DNA from: Paraspadella gotoi
Taxonomy: Eukaryota; Animalia; Chaetognatha
Length of the DNA: 64,000 nucleotides
Direction: 5' to 3'
NCBI GenBank assembly: GCA_051294375.1
Contig: CM119265.1
Span: forward strand, 19,457,642-19,521,641
Shown: positions 52,801-64,000 of the stretch, one piece after another
How positions within the stretch are numbered: the first letter of the stretch is position 1
Layout: each line of letters starts with the position of its first letter
Notes under the pieces: generated by a model
Database searches by the model: none
The model's input: only the letters and a program-made list of their open reading frames with translations
What the model was told of the DNA's origin: nothing
Translations under genes and position numbers: made by a program

Positions 52801-54622
52801 TTACATTAAAAATGCATAGGAGTTTGCCTATAATTCGGTTGGCTCATTTTGTTAAGAAGAAAAAAGCTCAAATGTAAGGGACTGGCTAGCGCCGCCATAA
52901 CAGGAATTCTTAAATCTGTAAAGAATAAAGACATATTTTTGATGCAGTTCATGCTCATAAATACATGGTAAAAGAAATTTTGTTTTATTATGTTATGTTA
53001 TGTCCATATGAACAATACGTGAAAATAAAGTCACTGCGGCGGCAACACATTGGAATTAACCGTTCTTGTTTTTTTAATATATAATATATAATATTACAAT
53101 TGATATGAATTGTATGATAAATGTTATAGTTTTACTTTTAGAATAAATGATTCATGCTTTCAACTTATTTTTTATTGGAATATTCTTTGAATGCGCCAGT
53201 GGTAGTTGCTGATGGTTTTCTTAACTTCTTTTTACGCCCAAAAAAGACTTTAATTGGAACCTTTTTTTTCAAAGTCTTGTAGAGACAAAACACTTAGACA
53301 TTAATTATTGAGTCCGTCCCTTTTTGCGACAGTTTTTTCCGATTCGTCACGCACCACATTTCCGGCTCACACGCGGTGGCATGTACGCGTTCACTGACGT
53401 TGCGCACCTGTTTGCTCAATCCATGTGCATATGGAAAATGGTTTCGAAATTATCCTGCTGTCAGGACCAGGCGCTGAGAACTACCCTTATTTTTCGTTTT
53501 TTAATTTTAATTAACGTTTGTTTCTTGACAAAACTCGTCTGACGTTTATTAAAAAAAAATGATGTGAGCAAAACATTTTCTTGAATTAAAATCACCACTT
53601 ATCAGACTAAATCCGTTGGACCAATCAAGTATGTTACCGTCCATTACGACAGTAGTTGAACAATTTGAAATAACGTAATGAAATGGCGTAAACAAAATAG
53701 TTGGGAACACGCGCACGCCCATACAAAAATAAAAATAACTAGAGAGTCTAGCAGCTCGAACTCACACGCGCGAAACGTCGCTGAGGTTTGATGACGGGCA
53801 CGTCCTTGTTTAGTCCGATAATCCACCGATGTTGAGGGCGTTGGGGGAGACCTCCTCCTCCTCCTCCTCCACGGAGCGTTTGGAGAACCCGCGTAGAAGC
53901 GGAGGCCGCCGGCGGGATCCGCGGGGCTGGGTTCTGGTGGGAGAGATTTGTAGGAGGGGGGGGAATAGAAGGGTAAGAACGATGATGTCATGAAATTGTC
54001 CTTTATTTAATGACTTTGGAAAAGAGGGAGATGCGGAGACGGGGATGAAGAAGAAGAAGAAAAGATAAAGAGTTATTCGGGGTTGATCGGATTTGAAGGA
54101 ATGAGATGCGATGAATTCAATCGCGGGTCGTTGCAAATTCTTTTAGCGCCGTGTCAGCAAGGCGAGGAGGTTACGCTAGAAGCTGGGTTTGTCGAAATGA
54201 TGTTATGCTGATTTATTTATGTATCTGTTTTAAGAATTTGGGTCTTGAACGGTTGTATCCGAATTAAAGAAGTTTCATACTCGCTTCTGATCGATGGCAA
54301 AAACGTTAAGTTAGTAATTAGAAAACGATTTTAACAAGCTAAAAAAAGACCTGAGAGTAAGAAAAAGAAAATAACGGGAGAAAAGAAAAGAAAGGAAGAA
54401 AGAAAAAGAAGGAGAAAGGAGAGGAAAATGAAGAAAACGGAGGCTCGTCTCGTCGGCTCGTGTTGTTGGCGACGCGGATTCAACGGAATCATAAAACGAA
54501 GAAAGACGGATGTCGAAGGTGGCAGGTCATAAAGCTCAGACTTTTATTTATATTTGGCCGCGAGAACGATCGTGATACTTTTTTAAATTAGGCACAGCTG
54601 GAGAGAGAGAGGGAGAAGAAGC

Positions 54623-54660
<38 letters not shown>

Positions 54661-56122
54661 GAGAGAGGAGACGAGCAGAGAGATAGTGCACTTAGTGGTT
54701 TTATTCATGGAATTATTGCGGTCTCCTCCCGCTCTTCCTATACCGCCCGGCTATGCTCACACGCCCCATTCTCTCTCTTTCTCTCTCTCTTTTCTCTCTC
54801 TCTGCTCTCTCTCTCTCTCTTCGCTCTCTCTCTCTCTTTCTCTCTTCTCTCTCTCTCGTCTTCCTTTGCCATTCCTCACGCTCCCGGCATTTTACTTAAT
54901 TTAAGGGAAAGAAAAGAAAAAATGAAAAATATGAAGAGAGAAAAAAAAACAAAAGAGTAAAAATAAAAAAGTTACACGGAAAAATGGAAATTAAATGGTG
55001 TTGGGTTCGATCCTCTTCCTCCTTTTCTCTCTCTCTTTTTTTGTCGTGATTGAATCCTTTTTTTACAGATTTTTTCCTCATCGAATCGCTTTATTCCCGG
55101 AGTCGGGCTCTCCAACTCTCTCTCTGCTCTCTCTTTTCTCTCTCTCTCTCTCTCTCTCGTCAACTCTCACTCTCTTCTCTCTCCTCCTCTTCTCTCGTCT
55201 CTCTCTCTCTCTCTTCGCTTTCTCTTTTAAAATTACTCGTATGTATTTTTTTATCCTTTTATCGTCGCCTTCCTTTCGCATTTTCTCGGTCTGGCGCCAG
55301 AATGAATTTTTTTTTTCTTTACTCTTTTCAAAAGTAAAAATTCCTCGAATAAGGTGAACAGTTTTTGTAACTGGTGTGGAGGGACGGAATGGAAGATCGT
55401 GGGAATTTGGGTAGGGGGAAGGGAGAGGAGAGAGAGAGAGAGAGGAGAGAGAGGAGAGGAAGAGAGAGAGAGAGAGAGAGAGAGAGACGACAAGAGGACG
55501 GCGTTTCGAACTCTGAGACGCATAAATCGCCGTCATCGACCTCTCGAAATATCTTCGGTCGCCCTTGAGCGAGAGAAGAGAAAGACGAAAAAAACTGGAA
55601 GGCGGAAAAAAGGAAGGCGAGAAAAAAAGAAAAGAAAGGAAAGACTCGCAAAAATGGAGCGATTAACGAAAGCGATTTCTTCCTCATCGTAAATTCGGGC
55701 GACGAAAAGAAAACGTTTTAGCGAAATTCAGGGTCGTCGATCCTCGATTTTGAGAAGGGCGATCGAGAGGCGATCGAGAGGTCGAATCGGAGGGCGATTC
55801 GAGAGGCGCGATCTGAGAGGGCGATTGAGAGGATGTGCGAACGCTTACATGAGGGCGATTGAGAGGGCGGGCGATGTGGATGAAAGGTCGGGTTTTTCGA
55901 TGAGGTCGGGAGAGAATAACAAATATCACGCGCTGCATGACTGGATGATTGAAACAGCGATAACAATTGGGAGAAATCGGAAGTTTACAAGTGACTCTCG
56001 ATCTGAGGCCGCAAGGGAATGCAGATATCACCCATCTGTTGGGCAAAAATTCATTTGCGATTTGAATCCGTTTCTTATGACCTTTAGCTTAATTCATCGT
56101 CCATGAGTAAAGAGAGCAGAGC

Positions 56123-56186
<64 letters not shown>

Positions 56187-58618
56187 ATGAGAGAAGAGAA
56201 GAAAGTGGATTCAGCAAGTTTAAACCCTTTTTAAGTGGGAGGTAATAAAAAAGCCCTCATTTTAATTTTGCGCCCAAGGTTTTTCTCACTTTTTCAATTC
56301 CGCCCGAGGGGGGGCCCCCGGGGGGGTTTGTCGTTCAGGTTGGCACCCAAGGGGGCATTGGGCTAACTAATATTGACTTCCGACTCGCGAAGGTCCCTTA
56401 TAGCGGATCTTACATTGCTCCCTTCCAGCGGAATAACCTCGCCAAAGTTTGCGGTTTTTTTTCCGGGCGGTTTTTCATCCCTGAGCGATGTTACTGAACA
56501 TTAAGTTTAAATGTTCCGTTAGTATAACACTCGCACACACTTATATCAATTGACTGAACAAAAAACCCGACTTTGAACCACAATATAGGCCTCCCTACTT
56601 AGTCAAAGCTAAACCATCTAATCCAGCTTTGTCCCTTCCGCGGCCTCAACTAGTAGCTCCGCACCCACACCACCGTCCCCCCCCCCTTTCCCCTTCTTCG
56701 TCTGTCGGAGGCGGAAAGTAAGTAAGCGACTCCTTTATGGGCGGAAGCGATTCTCCCACCGAGGCGGAAGCATAATATTTTTTATGGGCAGGACGGCGAG
56801 CGACGACGACGACGACGACGACGACGAAGGATGTACGAAGAAGAACCACCGATGACAAAGGACCAGTATGACGATAACGATGACGATAATGACGTAGACC
56901 AGGTTCGACGGATGGGATGTCGCTGACAGTTTTCGAATGACAGATCGATTGTCAACGATGATTTTGAATCGATGACAAAGATGGCAATGATTTTTTTGGG
57001 ATATCGCTGACAGCTTTTGAGTGTCAATCAAATTCGACGATGGATTTTGGACGATGACATAGCACGGCAGTGATTTCTTTTTGTTTCATATCGCTTTCAG
57101 GTTTCCATGACAATCGATTTCGATGATGATTTGACGATGACATAGACGGCAGTGATTTTTTTTTATAATCGGCTTTCTCAGGTTTCGCGATGAACTATCG
57201 ATTTCGAAACGAGTATTTTGACGAATGACATAGAATGGCAGTGATTTTTTTTTATATCGTTTTCAGGTTTCGATGACAATCGATTTCGATGATGATTTGA
57301 ACGATGACTAATAGACGGCAGTCGATTTTTTTTTAATATCGTCTTCAGGATTCGATACAATCGATTTCGACGATGAATTTTGGACGATCGACATAGACGG
57401 CAATGATTTTTTTAATATTGGCTGGACAACTTTTGATGTAATGCAATTTTCGATGTATGATTTTTGAGCGATGACAGGAGCGTCGAAAAGGGAAGAAGAA
57501 ATCGCGAGATGAAATTATGATGATGAAGGAAAATGGGAACGACAAAACGATGGATGACGAACGATTCGGATACGAATGGCGACGAACTTTTAAAGAGGAA
57601 ACAATTTGTCAAGAAAGGCACTTTAAGCCTAATTTCAGGTGTTTTCTCCTTTTGTCGTTGAGTTAAGTAATGAGCAATCATAAAATGTTTTAAGATATGG
57701 TTTAACCATCACTGAATTTCTAAATGGATCTTTGACATAGATCAGGACCGAACAATTTGTGGCAAACAACGTTTTTACTTTATGGTGCGGTTTGAACCGC
57801 GTATAAGCTGATGGCATATGTTGTCCGTTTATTGCAGAAGAATAAAGTTAGTTTCGCTCTATGGAAACTTCCGCATGGCGACTATCACAGGCAGGGCCAT
57901 TCAGCCCCGCCCCTCGCTCCGTACTCTCTCTCTCGTCTCTCCTCTCCTTCTCTCGTCTCTCTGCCTCTCTCTCTCTCCTCTCCTTCTCATTCTCTCTCTC
58001 TCTCTCTTCACTCTCTCACAGTGTTTCCCTCAACCGAATCGGAGCAATCAACGGGTTCTTGTGTTGGGCCATTGGTGGCCAATTGCGAATGCAACTTTCT
58101 GTTGCGATCGCAAATAATTTGGCGAATTCTTGCTCCGCCATCAGTTGGTCATTCTTGGCTTCCTCCAGCATTTTTTCTTTTCTCCGACGCCATATCCGCG
58201 ATCGACGACGGCCGGGTTTCTACGGGCGTCATCAATTTATATTTACGGAGTTCTGTCGCCGAATTTTTATTGTGTTTCCTCGTCGATATTTCCGCCACTT
58301 TAATATCCGCCATTTTGATTTTCCTTTTTTTTTTCCAAAAATGTCCTAGACAATTTTCTATTTTGGGTCCCGCAAATTTTTTCCAGCCATTGTCGTCGAC
58401 CCAGAATGTTTTTTTCCCTGCACTCAATTTCCGATCCCTTTCAATCAGTTTCCCGGTCCTTTCCCCGGTCTTCCCGCTTTCGCCTTCAGTCGACTCCAAT
58501 TCGGTTTTTCGGTCTTTTCCTCGTCCCGACGTCCGAGCCCGCGTCTGGTTCATCGGAGCCTTTGTTGGTCGCGCCTTTTGTCTAATCGTTTCGTAAATGC
58601 GAACTCAGGTGGTCCCGA

Positions 58619-58715
<97 letters not shown>

Positions 58716-58783
58716 ACCGTTACTCGTCCACCGCCAGGTTTTTCCCCGAAGTTTGATGTTTTTTGCTCTTGGCTATAGCCTGT
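47077..58783 (+). other. Indel-rich copy of ~6781-17395 (with frameshifted copies of five CFAP251 exons), continuing into the reverse complement of ~38360-36530
   Basis: Broken exon copies at ~47810-47943, 49054-49206, 49548-49705, 51653-51808 and 53766-53932; HINE copy at ~52718-53070. Indel density is similar in exons and introns. Confidence 0.85.
56925..57480. repeat. 78-bp minisatellite, about 7 noisy units (uncollapsed version of the partial unit at ~17350-17393)
   Basis: Same unit as 38388-38655. The left flank matches 17220-17350. Confidence 0.85.
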
Positions 58784-58808
58784 NNNNNNNNNNNNNNNNN
58801 NNNNNNNN

Positions 58809-61018
58809 GGACATTCCTCTTCTCTCCTCTCTCCTACTCCATCTCCCTCTTCGCTCGGCGCGCCTCCTCTCCGCCCTCATGCTCTATCTCCTTCTCTACA
58901 TCACTCTCGTCACTCTCGTGCCTACTTTCACACGTCGCGTACAATTCCACTCTCCGTAACCGCAAACCTGACTTCATCACATCTTGGCTCTCCTGTCTTC
59001 GTCTTTATGCTTTTTCTTAGTACATTTTTCGTATTTTACTGATCGTGGTGCAGAAGCCAAGCGATTACTTCTTCTCTGTTTTGAGCTTCTCCCTGACCCA
59101 AGGCTCCCGGGCTCCCGCAGAGTATTCACTATTATCCTAAGTCTTCCTTTATTCTCCTTGGTAGTCTATCGGCGTATATACTTTGATATTACAGTGATTC
59201 AATTATATACATTAACTGGTATTTCTATTTGGTGTTGATTTTATTAATTCGGTTTTCCTTTCTCTTTAATTATTTAACTAGTATGCTTGATTACACTATT
59301 CCATATACATAGATCTTGCAGTACCCCGCTCCCAACGTTGATCTTATTTACGTTCAACACCACCACGATTGTCTATGATTGACTCTCAAGACCCTCTTTT
59401 CATTAACTCGTTCGTCGGTCTTCCCTGTGGTTCACCCCCAGAGCTCCTATTTCTATCCATAGTTCTCTTTTCTACCTGTGGCCGCGCGTTCGCATGTGAT
59501 GAATTGTTGCGCGTGACCCGTGCAACCAAAGTGTTGCAGATGTTTCGAATTGGGAATAACTCGTCGCACTGGCATCTGACCCTCGTCCAACGTGGTGTGG
59601 CGCACGACCAACACGTCTCAAGCTTTCCATTCCGCGGGCCGTGTCGCGAAGGCGGCCGCGCACACCCTGTCTGCGCGTCCCCCTTTGTTCGAGTGAAGGG
59701 CGCGTCCCCCTTGTTGCTTCTCTTGCCACCTTTAAAAATCAGCGCCCCCACAAATTTTCACAATCTGCCACCGCGAACTAACATAGCTCGCGGAACTTCC
59801 GCTCCTAGCATAAAGGTAGGAGTGGACGATTCCGAAAGTCGAGCAGCTATTTTCACTACATTCTCCTACTTTGCTTTGCTCTTACCTCTCCTAGACCTCC
59901 CTTCTCATACTCTCCATTCCCTTCTTCCCTTCTCGCGCTGACCGTGCTGCGGTGTGGGGCGGACTCCCATGGTCAAGCTCCTCCTAATTCTTAGACCACA
60001 CCCTCCCGTATTACTGATCGCGCGCTTCCTCCGTGTCACCGCCTCTTCTCTCTCTTACCATCCGCCGTCCCCTCCCTCTCCAGTTCGTGTCCTCCAATAA
60101 CCTCAGTCGCCATCCAGGGGGAAGAAACAAAATATTGCTTTTCTAGTCTTTCATATCATTTTTTAAGTCATAATAGTATCTTCCGTCCTCCGTCTCTGTT
60201 ACTCTTCTTCTTCTTGCGTCTCTTCTCACTCTTCTAGTTGATCTCCTGCTTACTAAGCTCCCGTATATTCTGCCATCGCTGATCTACTCCGCTGCCTGCG
60301 GAACAGGACAAAGTCGTCGACTGGGACAAAAAACACTAGCATATCCTTCTCTATGTTCTTCGACTTTCTTTCTTATATTGCTTTACATATTTTTTTTAAG
60401 TTTCTACAAGCCCGTGGCGTTCGGGTTGTTTCTCTTAATGTCGTCTTGTTCCTCCGTTTTTGGTTGCTCATCTTCCTTGCTCTCATTTGTCTCGTTGATT
60501 GTTTCTCTTCTAGTTTTCAGCTGTCATATATCTGTCATTATCTTTTTTTCTTCTTGCTGAAACAAGATCGCTAAGGGAAGGGAATCAATATAAAAAAAAT
60601 GAAACAATTCGTTAGGACGCAGGATATAACAAATTGTTATCTCGCGCCGAACAAAACGTAACGGTTTCGCAAGTTAGGATGTGAATTTGTGGCTAAAAAG
60701 TTTCCTAGTCTCAAAGAACGTCGGATGACGAGGATAATGGGGAAGCCTCTGAGGAATGAAGTGTGATATGCGGGAGAGGGTATGACAATCGGTGGGCGCC
60801 GGCGAGGATGCGATGACGCGGCAAGCTTGGATCGGAGAGAAGGGCGCCAGGGTTACTCTGTTGTTTGAGAGGTCGGAGCTCTGGGGAAAACAGATGCCTC
60901 CGGAATCCGACTCTCACCTCCGTCCTCTTACTACTCGCAATTAACAGAATACTCCTCAAACTGACTGGAGGTTTTCGTATGGACGAACAAAGGGCGAACA
61001 AGCTGAAACTCTCTCTCA

Positions 61019-61049
<31 letters not shown>

Positions 61050-62075
61050 CCTCTCTCTGTCTCTCTCTCTCTTTCTTTTGTGCATTCCCCACGATCCTAT
61101 TTATATTTACTAATTGTACCCACTGAAATCTTTATATTCTCTCTTTGTGTTGCCTGTCTCGACTTTCACTTTTTCCCTTTATCATTGCTCTTCTTTTATT
61201 TCGTTGTTTCCTTTACTTTTTTTTGTTTTTTGTTTTGTTTAATCGTTCTCCTTTCCTTTTTGTCCAACGATTACCCTACTTTTTCCGTCACCACAGATTG
61301 TTTGTTTTGACTTCACCTTCTTGGTTTCCTTTCCGTCTTACGATCCCTTTCCCTCATTCCCTCCCTTTACCAAAAGAAAGGACGAAGAAGAAGAAGAAGA
61401 AGAAGAAGATGAAGGAGACGGGGGAGAGACTCTTTGCTTAAAATGGATGAAGACGAAAACAATTTTCTTCCCGGAGGCGCGAGGGAGACGGAGGAGGAAC
61501 AAGAACGGGGGAGGAGAAGGGAGGAAAGAGGAGGAGGAGAGACGAGACGACGATCGGGAGGTGGAGGAATTGGAGGAGGACGAGTCCGCACCGAGGTCGA
61601 GGAAGAGGGAGAGGGAGATGGAGTGAGGGAGGAGGAGAGGAGAAAGAGAGGAGAGAGGAGGAGAGAAGAGAAGAGAATCTACCGACGACTCGGAACGTCC
61701 ACCACCGCCGGAGCCGGAGCAGGAGTCGGTGGCAGGTGAAGGGGAAAGGGGAAGAAGGGGGAGGAAGGGGAGGAGGGGAGAAGGGGGAAAGGGATGGGGC
61801 AAAAGGAGGGAATGAGGGAAAGGGATCGTAAGACGGAAAGGAAACCAAGAAGGTGAAGTCAAAACAAAACAATCTGTGGTGACGGAAAAAGTAGCGGTAA
61901 TCGTTGGACAAAAAGGAAAGGAGAACGATTAAAACAAAACAAAAAACAAAAAAAGTAAAGGAAACAACGAAATAAAAAGAAGACAATGATAAAGGAGAAA
62001 AAGTGAAAGTCGAGACAGGCGATGGCAAAGAGCAAAAAACAGCAATTCGGGGAAAACCTTGGGTGGACGAGTAAC

Positions 62076-62157
<82 letters not shown>

Positions 62158-62458
62158 CGACCACCTGAGTTCCATTGTACGAAAGATTAGACAAAATGGG
62201 CGGACAACAAAGGCTCGATGAACAGACGCGGCTCCGGACGTCGGGACGAGAAAGACCGAAAAACCGAATTGGAGCCGGACGGAAGGCGGCGGAAAGACCG
62301 GGAAAGACCGGGAAACTGATTGAAAGGGATCGGAAANNNNNNNNNNNNNNNNNNNNNNNNNTTTTTTTTTTTATTCTTCCTCTTCCTCCTCCTTATTTTC
62401 TTCCACCTTTTCTTTCTCCTTCTCGACCAACGAGTCACTGGAAGAAAAATGGATTCCT

Positions 62459-62494
<36 letters not shown>

Positions 62495-62998
62495 TTTTTT
62501 AAGTTTCTAACTTTTTTTTTCGTTGTTTTTTTTTTTTAATTTTGGTTTTCCTTCTTTTTGGGTTTCGATCTTTCTTCTCTTTTCTCTTGATTTTTCTCTC
62601 CTTTTTTTCTTTATTTTATTACTTTTTTTTTCTCTGAAAAATAAAGGGCAAACAAAAAAAAAATTGAGAAAGGTAGACAGAAGCAATTTTTTTTTCTCGC
62701 GCCGACAAACGAAACGGTTCGGAAGTTAGGGATGGAGTTTTTGCTGAAAAGTTCGGTGCAAAAAGGGTAAGGGAGTAGGATGAGTTTGAATCCGTGGAAA
62801 TCGTTGGGGAGGATGAGATTTCTTTGTCGCAGTTGATCGGAGAGAGGGCGCGGGTTCTCTTGTTTAGAGGTCGGGACTCTGGGGAAAACAAATCCTCCTC
62901 CTCCTCTTCCTCCTCCTCCTCATTTACTCCCAAAACAGATTCTCTCTGACTGGAGGTTTTTTGTGATGGCGACACAAGAGCGCGGACAAAAGCGAAAC

Positions 62999-63077
<79 letters not shown>

Positions 63078-64000
63078 AGTCAAGCTTTTCACTGTGAAAC
63101 CTGTTTTGAGGAAGAAATTAGAAACGCGTCGCTGCGGTTGGTTTTTAGGAAGAACCTGAAGCCATAAACCGATATGTATGTTTTTATGTATGTTTGAATC
63201 TAAAACGAAAAATAATATCAAAGTTTACTTAGACAAGCAAGAATATATTCTCTTGGCGGGTATGGTCAGATACGTGAAATCACTCGACTCATTTTCTCGT
63301 TAAAAAAAATTTAAGATTCATACTACAATACAACAAAATCACGCGAAACATATTGTGAAACAATCCGAACGAAAATAGTTACTAAGATTTTGCTACGAAC
63401 TACATTCAAATAGTCAATAGTCACCACGTTCTCTGACATTTAATAGTTACTGTGACATATGAGAAGTGGCAATTATCGACCGTTCTACAATGAGCGATTA
63501 AATATAACTTCCAAAATATTATATAATATATATATATATATATATATAATATTATACTATATTAAACTATTGATATCGACAAATCTAAATTCTCCTTGAA
63601 TATCTCTACAAACAACGATGACAACTAATGTTTTGAAAATCAAGTATGGATCAAGTGTGCGACGACCAATGACCAATGGCAAATGACTATCCTGCAAAGT
63701 CGAGATGCAGCAAGGACCGGTCCCGCAGTCCGCACCCCTCGATGCTCTCCTCCGGATCCTTCAGCTCTCTCGACGGAACTTCGCTCGTCTTGAAGACGGG
63801 CGTCCTCGCCCCCGGACCCTTTGCTTCGGTCAAAGCCGCCGACAACGCCGTCCACACGTGGCGCAGCGTCTCTTCAAACCGAAAGTGGCGCTGAAATCGG
63901 TCGCCGGATGGCGTCTTGACGGCGAGAAGTATGCGTGGCTCGTCGGGAGCTGGCGGGATTGGCAGATGGGCGAGTGGGCGCCAGGAATTGTCGGGCGAAT
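58809..64000. other. Mosaic of low-quality sequence and further copies of 34.2-36.9 kb
   Basis: ~60050-61080 is a heavily degraded inverted copy of ~35150-36100. 61145-61366 is an inverted copy of ~36290-36530, 61375-62336 a direct copy of ~35890-36897, and 62362-64000 an inverted copy of ~34180-35860. Confidence 0.75.

Noticed and set aside
47810-53932. Second CFAP251 copy or pseudogene
   Set aside because: Uniform 1-nt indel noise across exons, introns and TEs, plus 25-N gaps, points to a raw long read of the same locus.
59369-59941. 190-aa ORF and overlapping ORFs in 58.8-60 kb
   Set aside because: They lie in a low-quality read-like stretch after a gap, with no motif or splice support.

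Overview
Eukaryotic, animal-like genomic DNA rich in introns and (GA)n/(CT)n microsatellites. The clearest feature is the ciliary gene CFAP251/WDR66 (WD40 repeats plus EF-hand-like C-terminus) on the minus strand. Fourteen coding exons were traced by hand between 13192 and 1028; they include one GC-AG intron and one probable 1-nt sequence error, and the 3' end lies outside the window. A second, less certain minus-strand spliced gene (27378 to 17763) encodes a signal/anchor peptide, an S/T/P-rich stem and a GT2-like (GT-A fold) glycosyltransferase domain. The window also holds a Penelope-type minimal hammerhead ribozyme (840-886), a tRNA-derived SINE, two DINE-1/HINE-like elements, an indel-damaged tRNA-Leu, and 12-bp and 78-bp minisatellites. 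Most of 38.4-64 kb, plus 13.8-15.3 kb, consists of indel-rich direct or inverted copies of sequence earlier in the window, bounded by six gaps of exactly 25 N. This is best explained as unpolished long-read gap filling rather than true duplication. One of these copies (47077-58783) indicates a misjoin at ~17395 and places a Glu-rich exon at ~35.9-36.2 kb (+) as the probable missing first exon of CFAP251. I found no convincing novel multi-gene system. All calls are from manual reading; no searches were run.
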